Assembly: GCA_965230905.1 (NCBI GenBank)
Contig: OZ246396.1
Span: forward strand, 570,001 to 602,000
DNA: 32,000 nt
DNA from: Candidatus Saccharimonadota bacterium
GTDB taxonomy: Bacteria > Patescibacteriota > Gracilibacteria > UBA1369 > 2-02-FULL-48-14
Direction: 5' to 3'
Part shown: positions 8,644 to 17,361 of the stretch, piece by piece
How positions within the stretch are numbered: position 1 is the first letter of the stretch
Layout: every line of letters starts with the position of its first letter
Notes under the pieces: model-generated
Database searches by the model: none
The model's input: the letters and a program-made list of their open reading frames with translations, nothing else
Told to the model about the DNA's origin: nothing
Made by a program: the position numbers and the translations under genes

Positions 8644-9447
8644 ATGGATCTCTCAATTGTCATTTTGCACCACGGAAGCCCCAAGGAAGTCACTGCCAAT
8701 TTACAGGCACTGAAGTCCGCTTGGCTCCCCAAAAAAACCGAGGTTTTTGTGATAAATAACGGCGCTAAAAATGCGAACGCACAGATTCCTTTTGATGCTA
8801 ACCTGGCCTTTGACCTACACTATTTTGAGATTAAAAATGAAGGCTATCCGCAGGGAAATAATTTTGGACTCCGCCAGGCCAAGGGCAGATTTTTGTGTAT
8901 TTTGAACCCGGATGTTGAAGTGAAAAAAGATACGTTTAAAGTCTTGATGGACTATATGAAAGCACATCCGCGAGTGGGGATTGCGGCTCCTCGTCTTCGT
9001 TATCCGGACAAGAGCATTCAAGATAACTATCGCACCTTTCCCCGGCCGTTTGATCTTTTTATTAAGCGGACTTTTTTGAGGAATTTTTTCAAGCGGCGCA
9101 TGCGAAAATATTTGATGTGGGACAAAGACCCCACCAAATCCGAAGCGGTGGACTGGCTCACGGGGGCTTTCCAAATTTTTACTCGCAAGGCCTGGGAGGC
9201 TCTGAAGCCCAACGACGAACGCTACTTTTTGTTCATGTCCGATGTGGATATTTGCCGCAAGGCGTGGAACAAAGGTTTTGAAGTGCACTTTGTGGGGGAG
9301 GCGGAGGCCAAGCACAATGAGGGGCGTTTATCTTCCGGTGGTATTTTGGCTTTTTTCCAAAAACGCACCATGCGTGCTCACGTACTCGATGCCATAAGGT
9401 ATTATTGGAAGTTTCTTTTGAAGCCTTTACCCAAGCGGAGAAAATAG
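8644..9447 (+). CDS. Family 2 glycosyltransferase
   Basis: 267 aa. LSIVILHHGSPKEV...VFVINNGAKN...NEGYPQGNNFGLRQAKGRFLCILNPDVEV... is a typical GT2 (rhamnosyltransferase-like) signature. Confidence 0.85.
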   Translation: MDLSIVILHHGSPKEVTANLQALKSAWLPKKTEVFVINNGAKNANAQIPFDANLAFDLHYFEIKNEGYPQGNNFGLRQAKGRFLCILNPDVEVKKDTFKVLMDYMKAHPRVGIAAPRLRYPDKSIQDNYRTFPRPFDLFIKRTFLRNFFKRRMRKYLMWDKDPTKSEAVDWLTGAFQIFTRKAWEALKPNDERYFLFMSDVDICRKAWNKGFEVHFVGEAEAKHNEGRLSSGGILAFFQKRTMRAHVLDAIRYYWKFLLKPLPKRRK

Positions 9448-9465
9448 CTACAATCCTCCAGCGTT

Positions 9466-9539
9466 AGGCCTTTCGTATAGTGGTAGTACAGCGGTCTCCA
9501 AAACCGTTAGCGTGGGTTCGATTCCCTCAGGGCCTGCCA
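9466..9539 (+). tRNA. trnW: tRNA-Trp (anticodon CCA), CCA end encoded
   Basis: Hand-folded cloverleaf. Acceptor AGGCCTT/AGGGCCT; D arm GTAT-AGTGGTA-GTAC; anticodon arm GCGGT-CTCCAAA-ACCGT (CCA at 34-36). T arm GTGGG-TTCGATT-CCCTC has one U-U mismatch. Discriminator G plus CCA, 74 nt in total. Confidence 0.9.
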
Positions 9540-9569
9540 ATTGAAACTCTAGTCTTTCCAGCTTATTCG

Positions 9570-10682
9570 TTAATAGGCAGTTTCAACCACTTGCTGAACT
9601 CTGCTTTGTGCCGATTGGCGCATGTCTTGAACGTAACTGCCATCCAATCTGACTGTTGATGAGAAGAGAGGGTTGCCTTCGTTTGTCTGAGCTTCGCTCG
9701 TTCCGAAAGAGAAGTTGGGGTCGAAATCGATTGCACGGCATATTTTTTCAAAAATCTTGCACTGCTCCACCGCCAGTTCACGGGTGTCGTGAGTGGATAG
9801 GGTCAAAAGATAACGATGACTGCGTTCTTGAGCAGAACCTCTCATGGACAGGCCTAAGATTATAAAATCCCTCAAGACTTGAACGGCCAAGGCAGTTCGT
9901 TCCTGAAAATGCTGATTCGTAGGATCTTCCAGGGTTTGCAAGGCACTCATAACATAAGCTGGGAATTGCAAATCACTACCCCTCTTGCCCCCGACAATGC
10001 CAAATAATTTAGCCATAAAACGGGACACCTCACCTTTAAGGCTCGATTTTGCTGAGCCTGTTTTAACTCCCTCTGCAGATTTTTCACTCAAAAAGCCTTT
10101 TTCGGCTGCCTGCCGAACGAGCGGATAAAAAATATCCATCTGTTGTGGAGACAATTGTCTACTGATCAAATGAAAGTTTAGAGTTGTTCTCGCCTTGTTA
10201 ACATAGTTAGCAGGAATCATAGAACCAGACCAAAAGCCAGTAGCCACAAGAAGCGTCACGAGGTCAAAATGTGGATTGGCATGGGTGAAGTCTTTTAACA
10301 AGTTCACATCGAAACCTTCACCGGGCTTGCCTTCAAAAAGTCCTAGTTCATATAGAACCTGTACCGGTTTTATCGGCAAGGGATAGTGGCCCTGTTTCCA
10401 CTCGCTTGCCGCTTTAAAGCTGCGCGCGTATCCGTTGACGTCAGCAGATCGACCTCCAGAGCGTTCATTCGCATATCTGGAAGGTTCCCACCCCAAGTCA
10501 GCAAGGCAGTGGTAAAGATCCTCGTGTAGCTCCCATCCTCTAGTCCCTTTATCTTCTTCAGGACTATTAAAACTTTCAGCAATGTCCTTGGGGGTTACTT
10601 TGAAGGCCTGGATTTGTGGAATTGCGCTAAGCATATAAATTTGACAGGTAGGGCATTGTACCACATTTCTCTTGTACGGCAA
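9570..10682 (-). CDS. Orphan 370-aa protein, unknown function
   Basis: Long track ORF, about 37-43% GC by hand count of two lines, immediately downstream of tRNA-Trp on the opposite strand. The track start is a TTG; the first ATG is at 10634. No confident family match. Confidence 0.6.
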   Translation of the reverse strand: MPYKRNVVQCPTCQIYMLSAIPQIQAFKVTPKDIAESFNSPEEDKGTRGWELHEDLYHCLADLGWEPSRYANERSGGRSADVNGYARSFKAASEWKQGHYPLPIKPVQVLYELGLFEGKPGEGFDVNLLKDFTHANPHFDLVTLLVATGFWSGSMIPANYVNKARTTLNFHLISRQLSPQQMDIFYPLVRQAAEKGFLSEKSAEGVKTGSAKSSLKGEVSRFMAKLFGIVGGKRGSDLQFPAYVMSALQTLEDPTNQHFQERTALAVQVLRDFIILGLSMRGSAQERSHRYLLTLSTHDTRELAVEQCKIFEKICRAIDFDPNFSFGTSEAQTNEGNPLFSSTVRLDGSYVQDMRQSAQSRVQQVVETAY

Positions 10683-10739
10683 GAGCGTGTCGGTGGATTA
10701 ATACGACAAGAACTTTGTGCTTCTTTGGACTAGTTTTTA

Positions 10740-10931
10740 TCACTCATCTTCACTTTCGGCCTCCATTCCATTGATGGTTGGCTTGAATTCGTCCGTCGCC
10801 TCGGATTCCATCTGGGGTGTTTTAATCTTGTTCTTGAAACGTCCCTGTAAGTCTGAAGAATCTATAAGAAAATACAGGCCGGCGACTGCTAAAATTCCCA
10901 CGGCCAGGGGTATTATGACTGATTTTTTCAT
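10740..10931 (-). CDS. Small single-pass membrane protein with acidic tail (63 aa)
   Basis: MKKSVIIPLAVGILAVAGLYFLI is an N-terminal TM anchor, followed by a charged tail ending ESEDE. ATG start. Short, so coding status is uncertain. Confidence 0.45.
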   Translation of the reverse strand: MKKSVIIPLAVGILAVAGLYFLIDSSDLQGRFKNKIKTPQMESEATDEFKPTINGMEAESEDE

Positions 10932-10991
10932 GTTGGAGGATTATGTGCTCCCAGCTTAACCGAGAGATATTTTTTTGTTAAGCATTTTGTA

Positions 10992-12329
10992 TCACTCACA
11001 ATTCGCCACTTCTGCTAAATCTTGGAAGACCGCTTGGTAGTCTTCATCGCCAAAGGGTGCTTCGGTGTAGGTCCATAGGAAGAGGCCGAGGGAGCCGGGC
11101 ACTTTGAGGAGCTGCTCGCCGTAGTCGCGGATTTCTTCAGGGCTGAGCACGCCGCTGTCTTCGTCGCCATTGGTGATATTGAGGCCCCAAATGGAGTCCA
11201 CGCCTAGCGCGTCCGCCGCTTCGAGGTTGCTTTCAATGTAGTCGTCGAGTTCACCTTTGCGTTCGGTGTACTGGTTGAGCGTCGCGTCTAAATCGCCATA
11301 GTCGCCGCTGGGCATATCGTCCGCATCGTGGCGGAAGAAAGTTTTTATTTTGGGGAAGAGGTCTTTGCTGTATTCAGCCATTTCTGCGAGTTCTTGCGCC
11401 GTCGGGTTTTGGCCGCCAAACTCATTGTCGAAGGTGTCGACGTCGTCCAGCATCATGTGCCACTCAAGCTCCTCTCCCGCAAAGGCGTCTAGGCTGGGGT
11501 CGTCCCACAAACTGACCAGATTTTTCCAAGTGCTGAGGCTAAAGTTCCCGCTGCTGTCCACCAGCACGCCGTTCCCGCCGGACATGCGAAAAGCGGCGCT
11601 GAGACCCGCTTCCTGCACCGCTGGCAGTTGAGTGTTCACGGCGTAGTTGGGAGAGGTGGCGACTATGAATGCATTCATGCCGGTGGAGTCCGCCATGTCT
11701 TCGTAGTCGCTTGTTATGCCCCAAAACCCAAAGAGCTGCTCTTCGCAGGCCTCAAGGATCTCTTCATCTTCGTCTGCCTCTTCTTCGAGAGTGAGATTAT
11801 AAATCAGCTGAGCCATTTCCCCTCGGGTCAGCTCGTGGGAGGGGTCGCGTGAAACGCTGTCGAGCAGGTCTAGATCCTGCGCCGCTTCATAGTAGGGTTC
11901 GTACCAAAGCTCGTAGCAGCTTTTGCAGGTGGAAATCTGGTAGGTTTCGAGCAATACTTTCAGGGCCTCTGCCAAATTGATTGGGTTGGCGGGTTTGAAG
12001 GTGCCGTCACTATAGCCGTCGACAATATTTAGGTCGTGGGCGGTGCACACGTATTTTGCGTACCAATCCGCGCTTACGTCGGGGAAGCAGTGGGAGCCTT
12101 CCGATTCGCCGGGGTATTTTGCTTCCATCAAGACCTTTACAAATTCCGCTCGGTTGATGGACTTAGTGGGTTGAAAAGTTCCGTCGGAATAGCCTTCGAT
12201 GATGCCGGCTTCCTCCAATGCCTCGATGGCCGGTTCGTTTTCGGAATGGGAAACATCGCTGAAAGCCGCAGCTAGCGGAATGCACACAAGACTGGCACAT
12301 AGAAATTCCAGGAATCTAGTGATTTTCAT
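10992..12329 (-). CDS. Secreted SLH-domain protein with uncharacterised C-terminal domain
   Basis: 445 aa with a signal peptide. Two SLH repeats (FSDVSHSENEPAIEALEEAGIIEGYSDGTFQPTKSINRAEFVKVL; FPDVSADWYAKYVCTAHDLNIVDGYSDGTFKPANPINLAEALKVL). An acidic linker and a roughly 250-aa domain of unknown family follow. Confidence 0.85.
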   Translation of the reverse strand: MKITRFLEFLCASLVCIPLAAAFSDVSHSENEPAIEALEEAGIIEGYSDGTFQPTKSINRAEFVKVLMEAKYPGESEGSHCFPDVSADWYAKYVCTAHDLNIVDGYSDGTFKPANPINLAEALKVLLETYQISTCKSCYELWYEPYYEAAQDLDLLDSVSRDPSHELTRGEMAQLIYNLTLEEEADEDEEILEACEEQLFGFWGITSDYEDMADSTGMNAFIVATSPNYAVNTQLPAVQEAGLSAAFRMSGGNGVLVDSSGNFSLSTWKNLVSLWDDPSLDAFAGEELEWHMMLDDVDTFDNEFGGQNPTAQELAEMAEYSKDLFPKIKTFFRHDADDMPSGDYGDLDATLNQYTERKGELDDYIESNLEAADALGVDSIWGLNITNGDEDSGVLSPEEIRDYGEQLLKVPGSLGLFLWTYTEAPFGDEDYQAVFQDLAEVANCE

Positions 12330-12433
12330 TGTTTAATTCTACAAGAATTGAGGGTGGTTTTCCATAAGAGCCAGCGGGATTTTTCCATTTGACTTGCGGC
12401 GTTAATTGTCTTCCTTTATGCTAAGCTCCCCAC

Positions 12434-13894
12434 ATGAAAAGACCTTATCTACTGCTGATTTCCCTGGTGAGTTTTCTGTTTGTGCCTGAGGCCCTTGCCT
12501 TTACGGATGTGGGCTTGCAAGACGATCAAGACGCTATTGAATATTTGTTTGAAGAAGACATTGTGGACGGTTATAGCGATGGCACGTATAGGCCACGGAA
12601 TCCCATCAACCGTGCGGAGCTTTTAAAGATTTTAGTGGAAAGCCGGGTGAACACGGTGCCGAATGACGAGGATTGTTTTAAGGATGTTGCCGAAGATTGG
12701 TTTGCGCCCTATGTTTGCTATGCCAAGGAGGAAGGGTGGGTGGAAGGTTATTCCGACGGAACTTTTAAACCGGGTAATAATATCAACCGGGCGGAGGCCA
12801 TTGCTATGACTTTTAAAGTTTATGCGGACGAGCTGGATTTTTTGGATATTGAAGACGGGGAGGACTCCGTTTATTTGGATGTTTCAAATAAGGCTTGGTA
12901 CGCGGACTATTTATACACCGGAAAAGAAGCGGGGGTGCTTGCAAAAAATACTTATTTTTATCCGGGGAATGAAATCACTCGTGGGGATACTGCTTCGCTG
13001 CTCTACCGTTTGTTGAGCTCGCTGGAAGAAGAGGAGGGAGAGGTGGAAGAGGTGGAAGTGCCTGCGCCGGTGGAGATTGTTTCGGGGCAAAATCCTTTTA
13101 GCGGGGCGACTTTGTACATTGATCCTTATACGCATGCGGCCGAGGCGGGAATAGAAGCCATTGCTGGGCAGCCTATGGCGAGGTGGTTTGGGGATTGGAG
13201 CGGAGACAGTGAAGCGGCGGCGAATAAATATGTGAGCACAGTGACGGCGAGTGGGGCACTGCCGGTGATGGTGATTTACAATATTCCCGGACGGGATTGT
13301 GGAAGTTATTCGGCTGGGGGAACCGAGGATGCGGAGGAATATTTGGATTGGATACAGGGTTTTGCGAATGGGGTGGGAAGCCGCGAGGCGGTGGTGATTT
13401 TGGAACCGGATGCTTTGCCGCTGGATTGTTTGCACGCAAGTAGCGAGAGCTTGATGGGCGACGCGGTGGATATTTTAAAATCGAAGCCGGGCATTGCCGT
13501 TTATTTGGATGCGGGGCATCCCAACTGGACGCCAGTCGATGAAATGGCGGAACGACTGAAGGCCGCGAACATTGAAACGGCCGATGGATTTTCCCTCAAC
13601 GTCTCCAATTTTTATTTCACCGAAGAAAATGTTGAATTTGGTAAAGAACTCTCTGGGCTGGTGGGGAATAAGCATTTTATTGTAGACACGGGCCGGAATG
13701 GAAATGGGTGGAATGGGGAGTGGTGCAATCCTTGGGATATGAGTTTAGGCCAAAACCCCACGGTGAATACTGGCGAGGAATTGGTGGATGCGTATTTATG
13801 GGTGAAGCCGCCGGGAGAATCGGATGGAACTTGCAATGGCGGACCCAGTGCCGGAAGTTGGTGGCTGGAGTATGCGCTTGGGTTACTGAATTAA
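12434..13894 (+). CDS. Secreted SLH-domain glycoside hydrolase family 6 enzyme (cellulase-type)
   Basis: 486 aa: signal peptide, three SLH repeats, a Glu-rich linker, then a GH6 catalytic domain from about 13076. GH6 hallmarks: VIYNIPGRDCGS, VVILEPDALP, YLDAGHPNW, FSLNVSNF, YLWVKPPGESDGTC. Confidence 0.88.
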   Translation: MKRPYLLLISLVSFLFVPEALAFTDVGLQDDQDAIEYLFEEDIVDGYSDGTYRPRNPINRAELLKILVESRVNTVPNDEDCFKDVAEDWFAPYVCYAKEEGWVEGYSDGTFKPGNNINRAEAIAMTFKVYADELDFLDIEDGEDSVYLDVSNKAWYADYLYTGKEAGVLAKNTYFYPGNEITRGDTASLLYRLLSSLEEEEGEVEEVEVPAPVEIVSGQNPFSGATLYIDPYTHAAEAGIEAIAGQPMARWFGDWSGDSEAAANKYVSTVTASGALPVMVIYNIPGRDCGSYSAGGTEDAEEYLDWIQGFANGVGSREAVVILEPDALPLDCLHASSESLMGDAVDILKSKPGIAVYLDAGHPNWTPVDEMAERLKAANIETADGFSLNVSNFYFTEENVEFGKELSGLVGNKHFIVDTGRNGNGWNGEWCNPWDMSLGQNPTVNTGEELVDAYLWVKPPGESDGTCNGGPSAGSWWLEYALGLLN

Positions 13895-13938
13895 GGGCGT
13901 CGCTTGACACTGAACAGGGCAAATTCTATGGTGGACTT

Positions 13939-14949
13939 ATGAATATTCAAAGAAGCTTTGTTTTAGTTGGGATCTTGTTGCTACTGGCGGGATGTGGCGA
14001 AACGGCTCCCGAGGAAACGGCGGAACCTGTGGTGACTGAAGTCGAAGCACTGCCCATTTACATCAGCACAATGACTCACATGGAGGGCATTTTTAAGGAT
14101 GACCAAGTTGAGAATGTTTTTCTAAAACACGTGGAAGATTTGCGCTGGGCCATGGATCTTTTTGACGAATACGGCGCCAAGCTCACCATTGAAAGTGAAC
14201 AGTCTTTTGCGAAGGCCAATACTAAATGGGATCTGAATTTTTTGGCGGAAGTGGTGGAGCGTGGTCATGGCGTTGGCACCCACATGGACGCAGGTTTCAA
14301 TGAAACAAGTCTCAGCGCACTCACGGCGGATTTTAAAGAAAATAAAAAGTTGATTGATGACTTGGTGGGTGCTGAAAACAATCGTGGAATGAGCGGAGGG
14401 TCCAGTGGGGTGGATTGGGTGACGGCCGCCAGGGAAGCGGGGTTTGAATTTATGGATGCGGTGACGGCCCTTGGATATTTATCTATGGATGAGTCGTTGC
14501 GGCCGGAAGGATGGACGGACGCGTATATTAAAAAAATCGTTTACCACGATCCGATTCCGGTGGATTTTGAAGAACGTATTTACCCCCGTGTGTTTGAGGA
14601 TGCGCAGGATTTGGAGAGTGATGAAGAAGGCTTGGTGGTTTTATTTGGAGACGTCGGTGAGTTCTCCAGCTTGGCGGAAGGGCGAAAAACCTGCGGCACG
14701 CAATGTACTTTTGACAGCGATGATGCGAAGGCATTTTTGGCGGCGATTGACGAGGCGGAGGCCGTGCGTGACCCGAGTAAATTTGCTCGACTCAACATGC
14801 ACATCCCTGCAGCTTTATTGGTAAAAGAGAATGAAGCTTTGCTCCGCGAACTCTTGGCTGGCATTCAAGAATACACCGATGCCGGCATAGCTAAATGGGC
14901 GACCCAAGTGGAGGCCTATGAGGCTTTTATGGTACACTTTGACCAATGA
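13939..14949 (+). CDS. Lipoprotein (336 aa), unknown function; weak polysaccharide-deacetylase-like His motif
   Basis: The track ORF starts at 13708 inside the GH6 gene. The internal ATG at 13939 gives MNIQRSFVLVGILLLLAGCGE (lipobox). RGHGVGTHMD loosely resembles a CE4-type GH-x-G-x-H motif, but the first CE4 motif is absent. Confidence 0.7.
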   Translation: MNIQRSFVLVGILLLLAGCGETAPEETAEPVVTEVEALPIYISTMTHMEGIFKDDQVENVFLKHVEDLRWAMDLFDEYGAKLTIESEQSFAKANTKWDLNFLAEVVERGHGVGTHMDAGFNETSLSALTADFKENKKLIDDLVGAENNRGMSGGSSGVDWVTAAREAGFEFMDAVTALGYLSMDESLRPEGWTDAYIKKIVYHDPIPVDFEERIYPRVFEDAQDLESDEEGLVVLFGDVGEFSSLAEGRKTCGTQCTFDSDDAKAFLAAIDEAEAVRDPSKFARLNMHIPAALLVKENEALLRELLAGIQEYTDAGIAKWATQVEAYEAFMVHFDQ

Positions 14950-15596
14950 AAAAACTTTTCTTTTGTTCTGTATTGGCTTTTCTACAGCTAGCAGGGTGCA
15001 GCTTCACTGCTTCGCCCTTGCCGGATGAATTTTGGGCTTATGGGACTTGGCGCTACGACGGGGATGAGACTCATTTGACCGTGGCTCCAAAGGGCACGGC
15101 TCTGATAACCATGCATTTCACGCGTCAGCAGGGTGAACAGTATTTGATCGATGGAACGGTTACGTATGATGCTGAGTCGCTCTCATGCGATGTATTTTAT
15201 CTTTCAGAGGATCTGCCAATATGTGATGAAACCTGTGCGCTCGCTGAAACTATTCCCGGAGAATTAACTGGTGTGGCAGTGGTTCGTGACGATACATTGG
15301 TGATCAGTCCAAATTGGGTCACTAAACCTGATGAACACTATACGTGGACGTGCAGAGATGTGCCCGGTGGTTCGACCACTCAGAGCACATGGGCTGTTTG
15401 GCAGACTATGGGCCCGCTGGGCGCTGGGATTGTGGAAGCCACCTGGGAACTGGACATTGCTGGCGCAGCTTTTATTGACGATCTTCCCGTGAATGAAATC
15501 ACGGATGTAAAAACGATGTCGGTTAATTTTGACGTTGAAGCGAATTTTGTTGCAGCGGAGGGCTTGATTGGTTTTTATCGGGCTTTGCCTGAGTAG
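14946..15596 (+). CDS. Lipoprotein (216 aa), unknown function
   Basis: MKKLFFCSVLAFLQLAGCSF has a lipobox. ATGA overlap with the upstream gene implies translational coupling. Confidence 0.7.
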   Translation: MKKLFFCSVLAFLQLAGCSFTASPLPDEFWAYGTWRYDGDETHLTVAPKGTALITMHFTRQQGEQYLIDGTVTYDAESLSCDVFYLSEDLPICDETCALAETIPGELTGVAVVRDDTLVISPNWVTKPDEHYTWTCRDVPGGSTTQSTWAVWQTMGPLGAGIVEATWELDIAGAAFIDDLPVNEITDVKTMSVNFDVEANFVAAEGLIGFYRALPE

Positions 15597-15630
15597 TTGG
15601 TGGACAGGTCAGATGAATCGAGTACAATGA

Positions 15631-17361
15631 ATGGACAAAACCAATAACCTTTTTCTTATGAACACTTTATCTCGGATAACGGTCTCGCTTTTGGTGCTTG
15701 CTGGTTTGGCTGGCAGTGCTGTGGCGGCTACGACCATTCTTGGTTGGCCAACTACTTCGACCGTGGAAATTGGCTCCGGCGCACGTGCGCTTTATTCTGC
15801 CCTTGAACCCAGCGGGCTTGTTTGGCACAGCGGACGAAATCAGCTCATGCTAGTTGGAGACGAAGGGCAAGTGATTGCTATGGATGACGATGGAAGCAAC
15901 GCAAGCTTGTGGACGGTTTCCGGCGATTTAGAAGACATCACCGTGGTGGATCCGACTTCCAACTACGTTTATTTGGCGGATGAAGATGGTTCGATCAAAA
16001 AATACAATCTATCCACTCGCGCTGTTACGCAGACCTGGAGTGTGACCACGTGGATGCCGGAGCTAACATGTCCAAGTGGAAGTGGAACCTGTGGAATGGA
16101 GGCGCTCACCTATGCGGATGGTTATTTTTACGCGGGTTACCAGTACAACGGGAAAATTTTCAAACTGGATTTGAGTGGCACCACCGCCGTTAAAAAAGCT
16201 GAGTACACGGGATATTCCGCTAGCAGCACTGACATTTCTGGCCTGACTTATAAAGATGGCTACTTGTACGCCCTTTACAGCGACACTTTGGTGATTATGG
16301 ATTTGAGTGGAAATATTAAGACGGCTTACAATGTTCCCAACAGCGACCAGGAGGGAGTGGCGATTGGCGAAGACAGCAATGACGATGGAGATGCTAATAT
16401 CTTTATTGGAGAAGATGGGTCAAAAAAAATTTACAGCTACGACAATTTCCCCATTTATGGATGGACGGCGCCAGTGGTAGTTACCGATCCTGATACCGAT
16501 GGCGATGGAGTAGTGGATTCCTTGGATTGCAGCGACAGCGATGCCAGTGTGCACACGATGGCTACTTTCTATACCGATGCGGACAGCGACGGTCTGGGAT
16601 CTGATGCTGCGGCTTCTTTCTGCGCGGTGAGTGCACCAGCTGGGTATTCTAGCAATTCCAACGACAGCAATGATTCCATTCCCAATGCGGGTGTGGAGAT
16701 TTCCGAAGACGGCGTGGACAACGATGGAGATGGAAAAACGGATGAGGCTAATTTAGGAAGCGAGGGGCTCCACCCTTATTACGGAGCTTTGAACGCCAAT
16801 GTGAATTCAGTCGGAAAAATAACTGGATTCTGGGGGCTTCAGTATGGACAAGTTGGCGTACGCTATGCAGATGGATCGGTGTATCGCTACCGACCTTTTA
16901 GTGTATCGACTCGCACGGTAGCCACTGTGAAGGCCATTTATGGAACCGCGTACTTCACCGTTACTTTGAACGGCAGCACGGTGTACATGAATGGGTACAC
17001 GGGAGCGGTGGGTTCTTATACGCCAAACACCCGTACGGAAATTTATAATGACGGAGTGGATAATGACTTGGATGGACTCGTGGATGAGCACAGCACCACT
17101 CTTTCTAACGGCCTTCACCCCAACTACGGTGTTTTAGATCCTGCGACTTCCGCTAAGAATAAAATCGTCGGATTCTGGGGTCTTAAGAACGGGGCAATTG
17201 GAGTGCGTTATGCCGATGGATCGGTGTACCGCTACGAAGCTTTTGATGTTCAAAGCGAAACCTTTAGCACCGTGACTCAAGTTCCTGGCACGGCTTACCT
17301 CACGGTTACTTTGAACGGTAGCTCGGTGACTATAAATGGTTACAATGGAACGGTTCGTTAA
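15631..17361 (+). CDS. Secreted protein: beta-propeller-like N-domain, Asp-rich metal-binding-type linker, duplicated C-terminal module
   Basis: 576 aa with signal peptide ...LAGLAGSAVA|A. The N-terminal half has the SdiA-regulated/YjiK-like propeller flavour (SGLTYKDGYLYALYSD...DQEGVAIGED). The middle has DTDGDGVVDSLDCSDSD...YTDADSDGLG motifs. The C-terminus is a tandem duplication. Confidence 0.7.
   Translation: MDKTNNLFLMNTLSRITVSLLVLAGLAGSAVAATTILGWPTTSTVEIGSGARALYSALEPSGLVWHSGRNQLMLVGDEGQVIAMDDDGSNASLWTVSGDLEDITVVDPTSNYVYLADEDGSIKKYNLSTRAVTQTWSVTTWMPELTCPSGSGTCGMEALTYADGYFYAGYQYNGKIFKLDLSGTTAVKKAEYTGYSASSTDISGLTYKDGYLYALYSDTLVIMDLSGNIKTAYNVPNSDQEGVAIGEDSNDDGDANIFIGEDGSKKIYSYDNFPIYGWTAPVVVTDPDTDGDGVVDSLDCSDSDASVHTMATFYTDADSDGLGSDAAASFCAVSAPAGYSSNSNDSNDSIPNAGVEISEDGVDNDGDGKTDEANLGSEGLHPYYGALNANVNSVGKITGFWGLQYGQVGVRYADGSVYRYRPFSVSTRTVATVKAIYGTAYFTVTLNGSTVYMNGYTGAVGSYTPNTRTEIYNDGVDNDLDGLVDEHSTTLSNGLHPNYGVLDPATSAKNKIVGFWGLKNGAIGVRYADGSVYRYEAFDVQSETFSTVTQVPGTAYLTVTLNGSSVTINGYNGTVR
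16699..17358 (+). repeat. Intragenic tandem duplication (about 114 aa + 106 aa) in the 576-aa protein
   Basis: Repeat 1 (16699..17040): ISEDGVDNDGDGKTDE...GLHPYYGALN...GFWGLQYGQVGVRYADGSVYRYRPF...GTAYFTVTLNGSTVYMNGYTG. Repeat 2 (17041..17358): IYNDGVDNDLDGLVDE...GLHPNYGVLD...GFWGLKNGAIGVRYADGSVYRYEAF...GTAYLTVTLNGSSVTINGYNG. Confidence 0.85.

Noticed and set aside
9466-11000. Integrated mobile element at tRNA-Trp, with an att repeat
   Set aside because: I looked by eye for a repeat of the tRNA 3' end (ggttcgattccctcagggcctgcca) in the following 1.5 kb. I found only a trivial 6-nt match (gattcc at ~10803). No integrase or recombinase gene is present. It is kept only as a low-GC orphan patch, not called as a mobile element.
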